Shown piece after piece: positions 21,901 through 33,129 of a stretch of 64,000 nt of DNA. Under the pieces are notes generated by a model. The model was given only the letters and a program-made list of their open reading frames with translations, made no database searches and had not been told where the DNA came from. Location of the stretch: the IMG/VR virus record IMGVR_UViG_3300036770_004821, positions 7,806 through 71,805 of that record. The stretch is one strand, 5' to 3'. Position 1 is the first letter of the stretch. Every line of letters begins with the position of its first letter. The position numbers were made by a program, and so were the translations under genes. This stretch comes from a virus.

Positions 21901-22233
21901 AGCAACTCTAATATCAATAGCAGAAACTTTAATTACATAAAATGTTTTTGGAAGATATGAAGTAGTTACGCCAGAGATAACAGTAGGTTCAATTGATATT
22001 GGAATATCTCCATTTTCAATAGAATATTGATACTCCAATTCTTCTCCAGAAGAATAAAAGTGATTAACTATTCTTATTGTATTTGAAGGTATTCTTACTA
22101 CCGCAATGTTCTGAGATTCAATAGGACGTTCAAATATTAATTCATTATTATAAGTTAATAGAAAAGAATTTACCTCTCCGAGTGTTGGATCTCTATATTC
22201 TCCAGAAGAAGATGAAAAAGTAATATTACTCAT
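18985..22233 (-). CDS. Large baseplate/structural protein resembling the C-terminal part of cyanophage gp7-like proteins
   Basis: 1082 aa, IxNxGxGY repeats, ends YGDYSWGKI..RRYNPLK; ATGA overlap with the upstream ORF. Confidence 0.75.
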   Translation of the reverse strand: MSNITFSSSSGEYRDPTLGEVNSFLLTYNNELIFERPIESQNIAVVRIPSNTIRIVNHFYSSGEELEYQYSIENGDIPISIEPTVISGVTTSYLPKTFYVIKVSAIDIRVAATAEDALSDPPVPLRITSLGFGQHKFLSKNQNKKCLIALDNVSQSPIISTGLTSFIEDDIGSAETVFKINDTSDFNGGSIIKIDNEYMRVFTVGIGTTENTKIKVERPILGTTAEPHSIGSTITIVQGNYNIIDNIIYFASAPYGNDLNRLDQNVSGSDLEYTNLDSRSRFSGRVFLRSGIPLGTEEAYKSNHLFDSLSENFDGYERTFTLTENGESVSGISTDNAIVLINDINQIPSRTTGIQINNDFFLEENAGITSITFVGTAASVSYDVNTSQLPRGGIIFSVGSTEGFGYQPTVSAGGTALVSLAGTIQSISIGNSGSGYRPGIQTSVKVGVKTQSSFIEYVGIASIQNGSVVGVSITNPGSGYSILNPPNVVFDLPLEYWSLPLKYSSFSQPGVGTEATIDIVVGQGSSVIKYDIRNLGFGYKSGDILTVNIGGQTGIPTNTSLSFKEFQVYVTEVKNDEFNAWSIGQLQVIDNIDNLFDGERKVFPISINGNRTSIRPRMGFDIDIAANLIITLNNVLQVPKKSYDIRGGSLITFTEPPREGDKCRILFYRGTKDVDTRDKDILETIKEGDIVRIYDRSRDLDQVSRSVEEVLTSDTIRTNIYGGQGITRNQDLRRPLIWCRQTDDKFINGKEVTKDRIIYEPLIYPETYLIQSVSSSSTVFFVENIKTFFDSSNEFQLSKDFQDEILLLSQKETRPGIATAVIVSGEVDDILIVDSGIGYTTSPSIIVSSPVGNGSTCIATTNINLNGEITSFNIINPGTGYTSSEPPIVIIEEPSFFYEIVDGVEYEGDFGTIVGVGTTTITGTLGLIFDFSIPIDSYIRQQLTDRVGIATTGISGIKTDYYFKVSNSNLGTNINSLRTDNSSIGISTNFIDNVYQVYDYDIKLKNIPGIGVTYINSVLVKVSNIDSIAGSSTTGYYGDYSWGKIYTSRRRSPKQFDSYPVGITSSTIVRRYNPLKYLNYFA

Positions 22234-25200
22234 ATAGTAATGGCTCCGTCTTGGTTGGTAAGTCCTACAATGGTTGTTAATATTCTTAAATCATAATCAA
22301 TATCTTGATAAGGAGTGAAATATAATTCAAAGTTTCCTGAAATATTATCAATTTCTGAATTAAATTCTCCAATAGAAGTATTAAAATTTAATACTCCATA
22401 TTCAACAACTAAAGATTCTTGTCTAGAATTATTTAATAGAGTATTCATTTCAATAAATTCAAATTCATTATTAGTCTTATCGTGTATTAAAATATTACTA
22501 TAAGTAGTGCTGTATCTACTTGAGTGAGTAAAAATTAATTTATTTTCTGGAATACCACCAGTCATAGAAGTTGAAATAAATTTTGAATTAAATATATTTC
22601 CCAAAATTATTAAATTATCTCCTGTTACCCCAGTAGTTCCTATTGAAGTAATAGTAGCATTTACAAATAAAGAAGTACCTATTCCAACATTTGGATGTAG
22701 AAGTAATGATAAATTATTACTTTCAAGAGATGCACTAAAAGTTACAATACCTGATGAATAATTTTGTTCATAATTCAAATTATTTAAATCTCCAAAATCA
22801 TTAATCAAAACATCTTCATCATTATGAAGAATACTTAATTCATTAAATTGATAATATGAGTTTTCAGTATCAGAAATTGCAATAAGTAATTTACAAGCAC
22901 GTTGATCAGTAGATATTCCAGGTAAAGAAATAGGGGTAACATCATTTTCAGGTATAATAGTATTTACATACTCTATTTTTGCAATATTACCAAAATTTAA
23001 TTCTGTATTTGCTGCACCAACTAAAGAATCACTTATTCCAATAGAAAAATTATTATATTTGTAAATTTTTCTATTTGTAATAGATGGATAAAATAACAAT
23101 TCTCCAAATCTATCAATTTCTATTCTGAAATCAAAATAACCCATAGCATCTTCGCTGGAAATTACAGCATACTGATTTAGATAACCTTCAGTCCCATCAT
23201 GAAGCAGGGATACAAATATAGATTCTGTTCTTGTTGGATCTAGAACATCATATATGTAAATAAGATATTTTTTATATCTTATATCTTCTAATTCAAAAGT
23301 ATCTATTATTTGAAATGGTCTTGGTTCTGTTGTAGTAAACTTATCTGAAATATCATCAATGAGTAAAACTCTATTACCTATTGATTCAATATAGTCTTGA
23401 AGAATTCTAGAATCAAAATAAATTTCATTAGATTTTACTTTTTTATTAAAAATAAATGAATTTTCAGTTACTAAGTCAAAATCATAAACACAATTAAAAT
23501 CAATAAATTCAGATGATATACTTTCCGCGTAATAATTACCAAGATTTTGAGATTGACTCATTTTTGCAGAGTCTGACTCTTCTTGAATTAAAATATCACT
23601 AAACTTTTTAAATCCAGAAGTATGATTGACATTACTTACAACATCATTCCACCTATTAATATCAATTGGAGATTCTATTGAATATGAGAAATATTGATAA
23701 TAATCACTATCATAAAGTCTTTGATTGTCATTGTTTAAGAATCCAGTCTCTAACTTCCACCCCTGTTTTACAGTAGTATTTGAATCTATATTTAAGTAAG
23801 TATCAAATGATATAATACTTTCAATCAAACCTTTAACATTAGAAGTCTGTCCTACTAAAATATCACCTATCGTAAAATCTTTATTTGAACTTACTTTTAG
23901 ATAGTTATTTTCTGGATCCCACCCTTTAACTACACCAGAATTATTTGATGAAATTACAACTTCATTTATACCAAATTCAATTAATTTTAATTGTGAATAA
24001 AATTTTGGAAAATACTTTTTAGGAACTACTACACCTTTAGAAAATCTAATATCATAAACTCCTGGGTCTTCTCCTGGTTCTAAAATATCATCTAAACTGT
24101 ATGAAAAATTAGCACCACTACCACCAAAGTTTGGATTAAGAACTTCTATTTTAAATAGTTTATATCCGTAGTTTTCAGAGTTGTATCCTTTACTATCTTC
24201 AGATTCTACACTTACATTTTCAATTAAAACTTCATCCCCAAGTTCAAATGGGAAATCAACAGTATTATTAAATTCTCCTTCTAATATTACTGTAACTTTG
24301 TTTGTAAATTGATCATAAAATATATCAGAAATTAAAAATCCATTATCATTATTAATTGGAATTATATCTGGTTCTACTTTACTGATTCCTTTAGTGTTTT
24401 GTAAAATAGACACACTATTAGTTTCAAAATTATAACTCAATAGTGCATCATCAACGACTTCTTCGGTAATTCCATCCAATACCACTAAATCTGGAGCAGA
24501 AGTGTAATTTTTACCTCTACTTAATACTTCAACAAAATCAAATATATTGTAAGGTAAAATTCTAATTATTGAAGGGAATATACACTTTGGTCTAATAGTA
24601 ATGTCAGCGGAATAATTAAATCCAATATCCTTTATTTTTATATTATTAGAAGTTACATTTCCTATAGTACTTGTTGAAATCTCCAATACAGCATTTGATC
24701 CTATACCAGTATTAATAGATTTAATTTTTGGAACTTTGTTATATAATCTTTTCTGATTATTTACTGATACTTTTGATATTCCCCCTAGGGAACTAAGAGA
24801 ATCAGTTTCATACTCTATACTAGAATTACTTCTATTATAGAGTTTACTTTCAACTGGGTCAAAAGTATCAAAAGTAAAAGTATTTGAAGTGTAATCTTTT
24901 ACTTTTTGTTCACCTTGGATTTCACTATTAATTAAAGAAATTTTATTATGACCAATTTGTTCCTTATCAATATAAATTTCTTTTTTGACCGCAGGTAAGA
25001 CATTTACATCCACAGGAACCAGAGAATAATATACATTATTAAGTAAATTATTCGTTTTCAGTTTTATTGTTGAAGTAGTTCCTACTCCAATACTTCCTGA
25101 TCTTTCTATATCAAATGATCCATATGAATTTTGTAAATTTTCATCTTCAAATAATCTTAAATCAAAAGCAGATCTATTTGTCGATCCAAGTCTATAGGAT

Positions 25201-28200
25201 AAAGAAGGATCGGAAACATCAAATATAATATCTTGATATTTTATAATTTCTATTCTAGGATTAATAGATGCTAATTTTCCTGTTCCACTAGATGTTATGT
25301 CTATAATATTTGGTAATGATTTTTTACTTTCTACTAATGATAAACATAAACTAATTGTATCAGGATCAATTATAACAGCATAATACATTTTATTATTAAC
25401 TAATCCACCTATTGGAGTAGTTTCACTATAAATTAACTTTTCTGAAGTTGAAAAATTATGATTAGGAATATTTAAAGTATTATTAATTAAATCAATACTT
25501 TGTATTGTTTTTGGTGTTCCTGTAAATCTTCTATTAGAATCATTATAAACCAGTCTTATAGTTGTAGAAATACCAGACTCTATATTCAAATAAACAGAAT
25601 CTTCTAAGGTTAACCCATGTGGAGATAATGTTGATACTGTAGAAATATTTTGAGATAGAGTTCCTTTTAAAATATTTGGATAATTTGTAGTAAGACTATG
25701 ATAAGATCCAGTACCAATTCCAGAGAAGTAGACAATATCATTAGATCTTCCTATTCCATCTATTTCACCACTTGATCCTATTGATACTGGTTCAGTTGAT
25801 AATCCAATTAAATCATTTGATAATTTTACAGCATATGTTATACTATTCTTTTGTAATTGTGATGTAGTTAGAGTATTAGTAGAAATTGATACAGGAGAAC
25901 CTTCATATGAAGTATAAACTAATTGGTCATTAGTGTTTAGTCTATGATTTGGCAAATATATTGATCTAGTTGGAATATCTAAAGTATTCCACTTATTTAA
26001 TTTAGCATCAACTAAAGTTCCTGGAAATGAAGATGTATTATAATCTAGTTTTATGATTGTACTACCAACTGATACTATTTTCTTTAAACTTGTGTTATAT
26101 TCAATATTTGATGCGTTTGTAATTTGAACATATCCGCCGGAAGAATATTTACTAATATCAGAAGAATTTTTAAAGTATATTGTTGTTTCCGTACCCTTTT
26201 CTATAAAAATTGGAGTATTTAAATTATTTACTGAAAAGAATAATGTTGAGGTAATTCCTACTCCTGAAGTTAATCCTATTCCAACTGATATTTGAGGATC
26301 AAAATAATATTCTTCATTAACTTTATAATTGTAAAAATCTGAAGTGATTCCAGTATTAAATAAAACTTTTCTTGACAGAGACCTCAATTGATCACCAGTA
26401 CTATGAGAAGTTCCAATTGTTGAATTTTGTCCTCTTAAAACTCTGATTTCATAGTTTACTTTATCTACATTTAAAATTTTAACTATTTCATCATTAACTT
26501 CATAAAAATCATTTTCCTTTAAAGGAAAATCTAAATTACCATAAACTTTAAAGTTAGTTACTATTCCGGTAAAGGAAATTGTATTTACATTTTCAGTTAA
26601 AGTTAGAGTGTTAGATAGTACTCTAACTTTATTTGTTTTTTTATATTCATATTTTGAAGTTAATGTAACCAATGAATTATTATAAAAATTATGAGGAATT
26701 GTTGAAATTCCTATAAAATCACCAACATTATTATATGGATAAAACTCAATATCTTTAACTGATGTTGTACTCGATGTTATTGTAGATATTGTTTTACCTT
26801 TTATTCTTGTAACTCTTCCATTAACTATATTATCATCAAAAACAACCGAATCGTTGATTTTATAATTATCTCCAGAATTTATGACATCAATTGAATTTAC
26901 TGATCCTGCATCAGTAAATTCGACTTCAATTTCCTGCACTTTTTCTTCATATGGTTCAAAAATAAATTCATAATCACTATTAGATTGTAATAAATTATAT
27001 GGGGTTGTATTTCTTAATAGTTTATTGGTTATTAAATATTGTTCATCTAGTAGTCTTGGTTGATTAAAATTAAAATCTATTATCTTATTTTTATAAAAAT
27101 TCCCAATTATATAAGGAAACTGAGGAACTTTATATCTAGCAAATTGTCCTGATGATGGTGGATTGTCTTCAAAGAAAGTTGAAAAATAAGCATAAACACC
27201 ATTTGGAAATTCTGGAGTTATGCAATATCTACCATTAAATTCATCTAAATCTCCAGCACCAGTAAATTCATAATCCTCAATAAAAGTTCCAAGAGGATAA
27301 TTTCTAGGACCATCAAATCTTCCTTGAGCATTAGTGTATTTTTGTGTATAACTACTTCTCATCAACCTGATTGGTCCAGAATTTCCATTTGAAAATCCAT
27401 AAGGACCATAGATTGGATTTCCATCATAAGCCCATCCAATTATTGGAGAGTGTCTGGTTGAATTTATTTCAATATTTGAAGTATTTAACTGTAAATCTGT
27501 AACATAATTTTGATTAACTGTAGAATATACAGATGATCTTAAAGATCTAGATGCATATAAATGACCGTATTGTAAATCATTTAATCCATTAAAAATAACG
27601 CCATCATCTGGTAATATTTTTTGCTTTGAAATATATTTTTGAACTAAATTGATTCTCCAAGATTTTATAAGAGATTTAAACTTTGCCCCACTTCCTGGTG
27701 GGATAACACTCAATAAAGTATCACTTTGAGAATAACCAAATCCTCCAGAAATGACTTTAACTTCTGATATTGATCCTTGAGAAATAACTGGAACTAAAAC
27801 TGCTCCAAATCCAGATCCTTTTATAATAATATCTGGAGTTGCTTTGTAATTTAATCCTGGAGATTGAATTATAACTCTTTCTATTGAACCATTATTAATT
27901 ATAGGTGTTAATTGTGCTCCACTACCTTCAATTAAAAATACATTGGGCTGACGATCAAAATTAACAATATCAGAAGAACCATACCCAACTCCCCCATCTT
28001 CTAAAAATACTGACTGTATTTTACCTCTAAAAATTGGAACTATTTTACCGAAATAATCTTGCCCTAAAATTGAAGATATTCCAACCTTCCCAGTTAAGGT
28101 TGCAGTTATTGGAGGATAGTTAAAGTAATCATTTGATAATGATGGTGAAGTAAAATCAATATATTCTTTATTCTTAAAGTAAATTTCAGGATCACTAATA

Positions 28201-31200
28201 GGTCCAATTTCAGATAATTTTAGTTCATTGTCCGAAACTTTAGTTACATAATAAGAACTTGAAGATGTTAGACCTACAATTGGAGTAACCTGAGGATAAT
28301 ATGTGATTATTTCTTTATCCAGATATCCGTGATGATTAATTGTTAAAGTATCAGATGCTGTGTTTATACCAGAAACTCTTGTTCTCTTATTCTGATATCC
28401 AGATCCTGAGGAAATAATTTCAACTGAACTAATTTTTTTCTTAAGAGTTGTTGATCTTAAGTTGTGTATTCCCAATCCTTCTTCATTAAAATTTATAGAA
28501 CTTATTCCTAAGATAGAATCTGACAAACTATTATGAAGACAAACTTTATATTGGTCTATAACTGAGACATAATATTCTGAGTTTGTATTTATACCTAAAA
28601 CACTTTTTTGGTCATTTGTTTCATAAATTACCTTTTCATTATCTACAAATCTGTGAGGATCAAAAAATTCAATCACATTATTTTCAATATCAACTAACTG
28701 AGAGTTAAATTCAGGAGAATGAACTGAATTTACTGTTCTTACTCTAGCTTTTGCTCCAGATCCATTACCACCAGTTATACTAACAGATGGTTCTTCAACA
28801 TAGTCAAAACCAGGATCAACAATATCAAATCTTTTTAATTCACCAATAACTGAACAATATGCACTACATCCAACTCCAAGAGCATCTGTAACTAATAAAC
28901 TTGGAGGATTTATTACATCATATTCATCTCCTTCTGCAGTTACTAAAATATCTTCTATTGGACCATAAAACACTTTATCTGGAGATTTATAATTTAATAA
29001 CTCTACACCATTTACAAAAATACCAATAGTTCCGGGTTCAGTCTCTTTTTTAATATCTGATAATTCTGGTTCTGATATTTTTTTAAGTAAATTTTGTGCC
29101 TTTAATTTTAAAGCATTAAAGTTTATATCATTGAATTCAAAAAGTTCTAATCTACATTCATCTAATTTTCCAGTAATGATTATAAATTTTTCATTAAAAA
29201 TATTTTCTCTACTTCTAGAAAGTTTAATTGTATTTACATCTTCAACTTTTACATAATAAAGTGAAGTTGTTAATCCTATTCCATCTGTTTTTATATTACT
29301 TATTGGAGAAGGTTTAAAAACAATAGCATCTCCAGTAAAATAACTATGATTTACCACAGGTAAACTATAATTATTTTCAGGTAAATCTATACTTGGAAAT
29401 TTATAAGAAAAATCATCAACATTAATTGGAGTGTTTAAATAACTTGGTAATGAAGGTGATGTAACATACAATGAATTTTCAGAATCAACATAAGTATTCT
29501 GGACATTTGTATTATAGATTTTGTAAGTGTTTATTGTATCTGAATCTGAATTAACTACTGTGTTCTGATTTACATTAAGTTTTGAAATTTTCTTTCTTAC
29601 TTTTGTTCCTAAATTTAAAAATGAATTAGGAACATTTAAGTCAGTTTTTATTAAAAGAGTCTTAGAATTACTAATATCAATTACTGTTGCAGTATATGAA
29701 TTATCTGAAGAGAAATATAATTCTATTTGGTCTCCCTTAACAAATGTATGAATATCAAATAAAGTAATTTTTAAATCCTTACTTAAAGTTAATGAATTTT
29801 GAACTGGATTTAAATCTTCAATATTTTGAATATTATAATTTGTCGCAATGTTAAAAAACCAATTATTTTCTTTTATTTCTTCACAATCTTCACCTAGGGT
29901 TTTGATACTTATAATATCACCTTTTTCATAATAAGCATTAGTATCAAAGGAATCAATTCCAGAAATAACTCCAGTTATTCTTACTGCAATTAATTCATTA
30001 TTGTTATTAAATCCATAGGCAAAATTATCAAATTTTACTTCTGTTCCTGGAGATATACTTTTAATTCCATTTTCATCTTCTAGACCATCAGGAAGAATTA
30101 TACCGCTACAACCTAAAAATTGATTTAATACTTTTGAAGTATAAGTAACAATAATTGATGTATCAATTACACCATCAAAATTAGAATCTAAATCTATAAC
30201 TAATTGTCCTGAATTTGGAAACCCTATTGTTGAATCTACATCAAGATAGGTTGAATTTTCAAAAATTCTACTTGTAAGTATTGTCTTTGGATGAATTTTA
30301 AATGTACTCTTAATTGATCCAAATACATCAATATCTTTATCATAACCAGAATCCAAACTAATAGTATAATATATTCTTCCTCCTCTAGAAATTCTCTTTA
30401 CATCAGTAATAGTTCCTCTAGCATCTGAGAATAATCCATTAGTATCTCTATCTTGATAGAGTGTTCCATTAATTAATTGTAATGGATCGCCTAAGATAGA
30501 CTCTACAACTAAATCTTGAGTTATTCTAAATTGAGCATCTGAGGGTTGAATTAAATAATCTCTTGGTAAAATTACTTTTGGAGTAACGCCATATAATGCT
30601 CCGAAAAGAATTTTAAAAGAATCTTCAGTTCCTTTTGAAGTATAAAGATCATTAGACTGTTTTATAAAAAGTCTTTCATTTAAGGATTCATAAAAGTCTT
30701 TATTCTCCAGTCCAGGAGTTATTTGCTTCTTAATTTTAATAAAGAACTCTTTTAAAAACAGAATACTCAGATTATTTACTTTAGAATTAGTTGAGTGCTC
30801 AGAAGATTCAGTTTCTTTAAAAACTAACTGGTCTTCTTGATTTGGATTATTAAAAGAAGTTACTCCACTGAATCCTCTAATGCATTCAAGAAAAGAAGTT
30901 TTAGTTTTACTTTTATAAGTGATAATCTCATCATCAATTAAAATGAGTCCATAAGAATTTGGAAATCCATCAGTAGATTCCACAGAGATTTCATCATCAA
31001 AGAATGAAATGTCTGAAGTTAAAGAAGTAAAATCTATTAAGTTTGTAAGATTATCAACTTTGATATAATTATCAATATTTTGAATAATATCTGAAGGATT
31101 TCCCTGAGATTCTAATGAGAAATAATATTGGGATAAAAATTCAGATGCCAGAGGATATTCTTCTCTAATAAACTCTGGAAGTTGATTTTCTATAATTGAA

Positions 31201-31226
31201 CTGATTTTAATTCTATTTTCTAGCAT
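22230..31226 (-). CDS. gp7: Baseplate wedge initiator gp7-like giant protein with a YHYH-like insert
   Basis: RIKISSIIENQLPEFI, LYTSKGTEDSFKILF, HSPIIGWAYDGNPIYGPYG...DLDEFNGR...TPEFPNGVYAY, DSDYYQYFSYSI..NHTSGFKKF; lies between gp6 and gp8. Confidence 0.8.
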   Translation of the reverse strand: MLENRIKISSIIENQLPEFIREEYPLASEFLSQYYFSLESQGNPSDIIQNIDNYIKVDNLTNLIDFTSLTSDISFFDDEISVESTDGFPNSYGLILIDDEIITYKSKTKTSFLECIRGFSGVTSFNNPNQEDQLVFKETESSEHSTNSKVNNLSILFLKEFFIKIKKQITPGLENKDFYESLNERLFIKQSNDLYTSKGTEDSFKILFGALYGVTPKVILPRDYLIQPSDAQFRITQDLVVESILGDPLQLINGTLYQDRDTNGLFSDARGTITDVKRISRGGRIYYTISLDSGYDKDIDVFGSIKSTFKIHPKTILTSRIFENSTYLDVDSTIGFPNSGQLVIDLDSNFDGVIDTSIIVTYTSKVLNQFLGCSGIILPDGLEDENGIKSISPGTEVKFDNFAYGFNNNNELIAVRITGVISGIDSFDTNAYYEKGDIISIKTLGEDCEEIKENNWFFNIATNYNIQNIEDLNPVQNSLTLSKDLKITLFDIHTFVKGDQIELYFSSDNSYTATVIDISNSKTLLIKTDLNVPNSFLNLGTKVRKKISKLNVNQNTVVNSDSDTINTYKIYNTNVQNTYVDSENSLYVTSPSLPSYLNTPINVDDFSYKFPSIDLPENNYSLPVVNHSYFTGDAIVFKPSPISNIKTDGIGLTTSLYYVKVEDVNTIKLSRSRENIFNEKFIIITGKLDECRLELFEFNDINFNALKLKAQNLLKKISEPELSDIKKETEPGTIGIFVNGVELLNYKSPDKVFYGPIEDILVTAEGDEYDVINPPSLLVTDALGVGCSAYCSVIGELKRFDIVDPGFDYVEEPSVSITGGNGSGAKARVRTVNSVHSPEFNSQLVDIENNVIEFFDPHRFVDNEKVIYETNDQKSVLGINTNSEYYVSVIDQYKVCLHNSLSDSILGISSINFNEEGLGIHNLRSTTLKKKISSVEIISSGSGYQNKRTRVSGINTASDTLTINHHGYLDKEIITYYPQVTPIVGLTSSSSYYVTKVSDNELKLSEIGPISDPEIYFKNKEYIDFTSPSLSNDYFNYPPITATLTGKVGISSILGQDYFGKIVPIFRGKIQSVFLEDGGVGYGSSDIVNFDRQPNVFLIEGSGAQLTPIINNGSIERVIIQSPGLNYKATPDIIIKGSGFGAVLVPVISQGSISEVKVISGGFGYSQSDTLLSVIPPGSGAKFKSLIKSWRINLVQKYISKQKILPDDGVIFNGLNDLQYGHLYASRSLRSSVYSTVNQNYVTDLQLNTSNIEINSTRHSPIIGWAYDGNPIYGPYGFSNGNSGPIRLMRSSYTQKYTNAQGRFDGPRNYPLGTFIEDYEFTGAGDLDEFNGRYCITPEFPNGVYAYFSTFFEDNPPSSGQFARYKVPQFPYIIGNFYKNKIIDFNFNQPRLLDEQYLITNKLLRNTTPYNLLQSNSDYEFIFEPYEEKVQEIEVEFTDAGSVNSIDVINSGDNYKINDSVVFDDNIVNGRVTRIKGKTISTITSSTTSVKDIEFYPYNNVGDFIGISTIPHNFYNNSLVTLTSKYEYKKTNKVRVLSNTLTLTENVNTISFTGIVTNFKVYGNLDFPLKENDFYEVNDEIVKILNVDKVNYEIRVLRGQNSTIGTSHSTGDQLRSLSRKVLFNTGITSDFYNYKVNEEYYFDPQISVGIGLTSGVGITSTLFFSVNNLNTPIFIEKGTETTIYFKNSSDISKYSSGGYVQITNASNIEYNTSLKKIVSVGSTIIKLDYNTSSFPGTLVDAKLNKWNTLDIPTRSIYLPNHRLNTNDQLVYTSYEGSPVSISTNTLTTSQLQKNSITYAVKLSNDLIGLSTEPVSIGSSGEIDGIGRSNDIVYFSGIGTGSYHSLTTNYPNILKGTLSQNISTVSTLSPHGLTLEDSVYLNIESGISTTIRLVYNDSNRRFTGTPKTIQSIDLINNTLNIPNHNFSTSEKLIYSETTPIGGLVNNKMYYAVIIDPDTISLCLSLVESKKSLPNIIDITSSGTGKLASINPRIEIIKYQDIIFDVSDPSLSYRLGSTNRSAFDLRLFEDENLQNSYGSFDIERSGSIGVGTTSTIKLKTNNLLNNVYYSLVPVDVNVLPAVKKEIYIDKEQIGHNKISLINSEIQGEQKVKDYTSNTFTFDTFDPVESKLYNRSNSSIEYETDSLSSLGGISKVSVNNQKRLYNKVPKIKSINTGIGSNAVLEISTSTIGNVTSNNIKIKDIGFNYSADITIRPKCIFPSIIRILPYNIFDFVEVLSRGKNYTSAPDLVVLDGITEEVVDDALLSYNFETNSVSILQNTKGISKVEPDIIPINNDNGFLISDIFYDQFTNKVTVILEGEFNNTVDFPFELGDEVLIENVSVESEDSKGYNSENYGYKLFKIEVLNPNFGGSGANFSYSLDDILEPGEDPGVYDIRFSKGVVVPKKYFPKFYSQLKLIEFGINEVVISSNNSGVVKGWDPENNYLKVSSNKDFTIGDILVGQTSNVKGLIESIISFDTYLNIDSNTTVKQGWKLETGFLNNDNQRLYDSDYYQYFSYSIESPIDINRWNDVVSNVNHTSGFKKFSDILIQEESDSAKMSQSQNLGNYYAESISSEFIDFNCVYDFDLVTENSFIFNKKVKSNEIYFDSRILQDYIESIGNRVLLIDDISDKFTTTEPRPFQIIDTFELEDIRYKKYLIYIYDVLDPTRTESIFVSLLHDGTEGYLNQYAVISSEDAMGYFDFRIEIDRFGELLFYPSITNRKIYKYNNFSIGISDSLVGAANTELNFGNIAKIEYVNTIIPENDVTPISLPGISTDQRACKLLIAISDTENSYYQFNELSILHNDEDVLINDFGDLNNLNYEQNYSSGIVTFSASLESNNLSLLLHPNVGIGTSLFVNATITSIGTTGVTGDNLIILGNIFNSKFISTSMTGGIPENKLIFTHSSRYSTTYSNILIHDKTNNEFEFIEMNTLLNNSRQESLVVEYGVLNFNTSIGEFNSEIDNISGNFELYFTPYQDIDYDLRILTTIVGLTNQDGAITI

Positions 31227-31227
31227 T

Positions 31228-33129
31228 TTAACTTCTTACAAGATTTCCATTTGTATAACTTGATGTGATAATAAACTCAGATCCAGAAATATCAGATCCT
31301 GATGATATATTATCAGAAATCATATTAATAGTACTGCTATTAATATCTATTACAATATATAACTCCTGTTTTCCAATAATATCATTTGATTTTGGAGTTA
31401 CTGATATTTGAATTATAGAATCTTCTCCTTCAATTCTTGAAGTTCTTGCAATATTTACAGGATTTAAGTTAATTTCTCCTTTTTCATAGTCTATAGTTCC
31501 TGCATTCGTCTTAACAATTTCATATTCAGTTTCACTTATTAATTTAAAAAATACAATTGTTCCTGTTTTTCCATCTTTATTCGGAAAGTCTGTCAAATAA
31601 AGAGTATTTGGATTTCCATTAATCACAAATCCAGAAGATTTTACATTAAATCCTTTCTGATTTGGATAAATTGGATTACCGTAGCAAATAAGATAACTTG
31701 AAAAAGTATTTAATGCTGCTCTTAAATCTCTTCTTATTCTTATTTTTGTAATATTTGAAGTAATTGATTGATTACTATCGTCAATAAGTTTTAAAAATTT
31801 ACTATATTTAAATCTAGTTCCGTAATTATTTAAATTTTCTTTAGAATAGTTAATGATATTATTGATAATAATGCTTCTTAACTCACTTGATTCTGAAAAA
31901 AGGTTCTCATTATAGTAAACTGAACTATCAATTTCAATATAAAGAAACTTTAAATCAAGTATTTCTGTTACAATTCCTGCTACACTATACTTTCGTAGCA
32001 TTCTCTTTAGATTATCTTTAATTAAATTGGGAACAAATGGTCCAAATTTAGGTTTAATTGATATAAAAACCTTTCCATAACTAGGTGGATCTAATTCTTC
32101 ACCACCAAAAACAGATACAGATTCAGTTTCTGGGTAAATTCTAGGAATTAATGCCTCATAATCATTTGCAGTTACTGCTCTATTCTGTGCAGAGTATATT
32201 CTTGGAGCATAATTTCTAATTGAATTTACCGATTCAATCTCAGATCCCCTCTGAGAAGATGAAATTGTACTGATGAGAGATATGCCAGTTGGAACAACTC
32301 TTCCATTATTATCAATAATTCTTCCCGAAAAGGCAAAAGAGGTCAATCCATTACCATTTTCACCATTACTTATCACATAAGAAGTATTAATATAGTTCTG
32401 ATTATCTAATTTTTTACCAAAAATATTATCTCCAAATATTAATTCATATCTTTGATCTTCAATTTCTTGAATAAAAAATACTTTTGATGTAGGAGTAACA
32501 TTAAAAAGACTGTCTGATAGTAAAAATTTTCTTGTTACTGTACTTTCCTTAGTATTCTTAACGTTTATTCTAATTGTAGATGTATCGATATTAGAATTAC
32601 TTAGAATAAATCTTTGATTTAAATTATTAGCATCTACCGTAAAATTCTGTGATATGTATGTTCCTTCTACAACTTCGATATTTTCAAAGGAAGCAATGTC
32701 ATTTATAATTGGAACTGTAATGTCTTCTAGAATAGAAAAAGTAAAACTTGTGTTACCGAAAGCATTTGAGGTACAAACCAATCCTTTTTGAAGAGTTAGA
32801 CTGATTGGATTTGTAGAAAGTGCTGAAGTATCGACGGAAAATGATATTATTGCTCTGGATGATGTTCTAGATCTTGGGGTGTATCCAATATTCTTAGCAA
32901 GGGATACTACGTTCTCCCTGAGAGTTGCACTATCAATAAAAACCTCATTGCTAATCATATTAGCATTGTATGAGGTGATGTAAGTATTATACGCAAGAAC
33001 ATCAATTAATGCTGATAGATTTGATCCCTCAAAATCATAATCAGTAAAATTTGAATTTGCGCGTAGATACTCACGAAGAGTTGATTTTATTTGATCGAAG
33101 TCTAAATTAGTAAAATTAACTAATGCCAT
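31228..33129 (-). CDS. gp6: Baseplate wedge subunit gp6
   Basis: LDFDQIKSTL..DYDFEGS..LAYNTY, FIDSATLRENVVSLAK, AQNRAVTANDY, YGKVFISIKP. Confidence 0.95.
   Translation of the reverse strand: MALVNFTNLDFDQIKSTLREYLRANSNFTDYDFEGSNLSALIDVLAYNTYITSYNANMISNEVFIDSATLRENVVSLAKNIGYTPRSRTSSRAIISFSVDTSALSTNPISLTLQKGLVCTSNAFGNTSFTFSILEDITVPIINDIASFENIEVVEGTYISQNFTVDANNLNQRFILSNSNIDTSTIRINVKNTKESTVTRKFLLSDSLFNVTPTSKVFFIQEIEDQRYELIFGDNIFGKKLDNQNYINTSYVISNGENGNGLTSFAFSGRIIDNNGRVVPTGISLISTISSSQRGSEIESVNSIRNYAPRIYSAQNRAVTANDYEALIPRIYPETESVSVFGGEELDPPSYGKVFISIKPKFGPFVPNLIKDNLKRMLRKYSVAGIVTEILDLKFLYIEIDSSVYYNENLFSESSELRSIIINNIINYSKENLNNYGTRFKYSKFLKLIDDSNQSITSNITKIRIRRDLRAALNTFSSYLICYGNPIYPNQKGFNVKSSGFVINGNPNTLYLTDFPNKDGKTGTIVFFKLISETEYEIVKTNAGTIDYEKGEINLNPVNIARTSRIEGEDSIIQISVTPKSNDIIGKQELYIVIDINSSTINMISDNISSGSDISGSEFIITSSYTNGNLVRS

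Noticed and set aside
22200-22260. Frameshift or sequencing error splitting the gp7-like gene
   Set aside because: A clean ATGA stop/start overlap typical of translational coupling, with no slippery run.
9812-31226. Diversity-generating retroelement or tandem DNA repeats in the giant structural genes
   Set aside because: No reverse transcriptase or TR/VR pair seen; the repeats are degenerate protein-level GxGY/GIGT motifs normal for cyanophage baseplate proteins.
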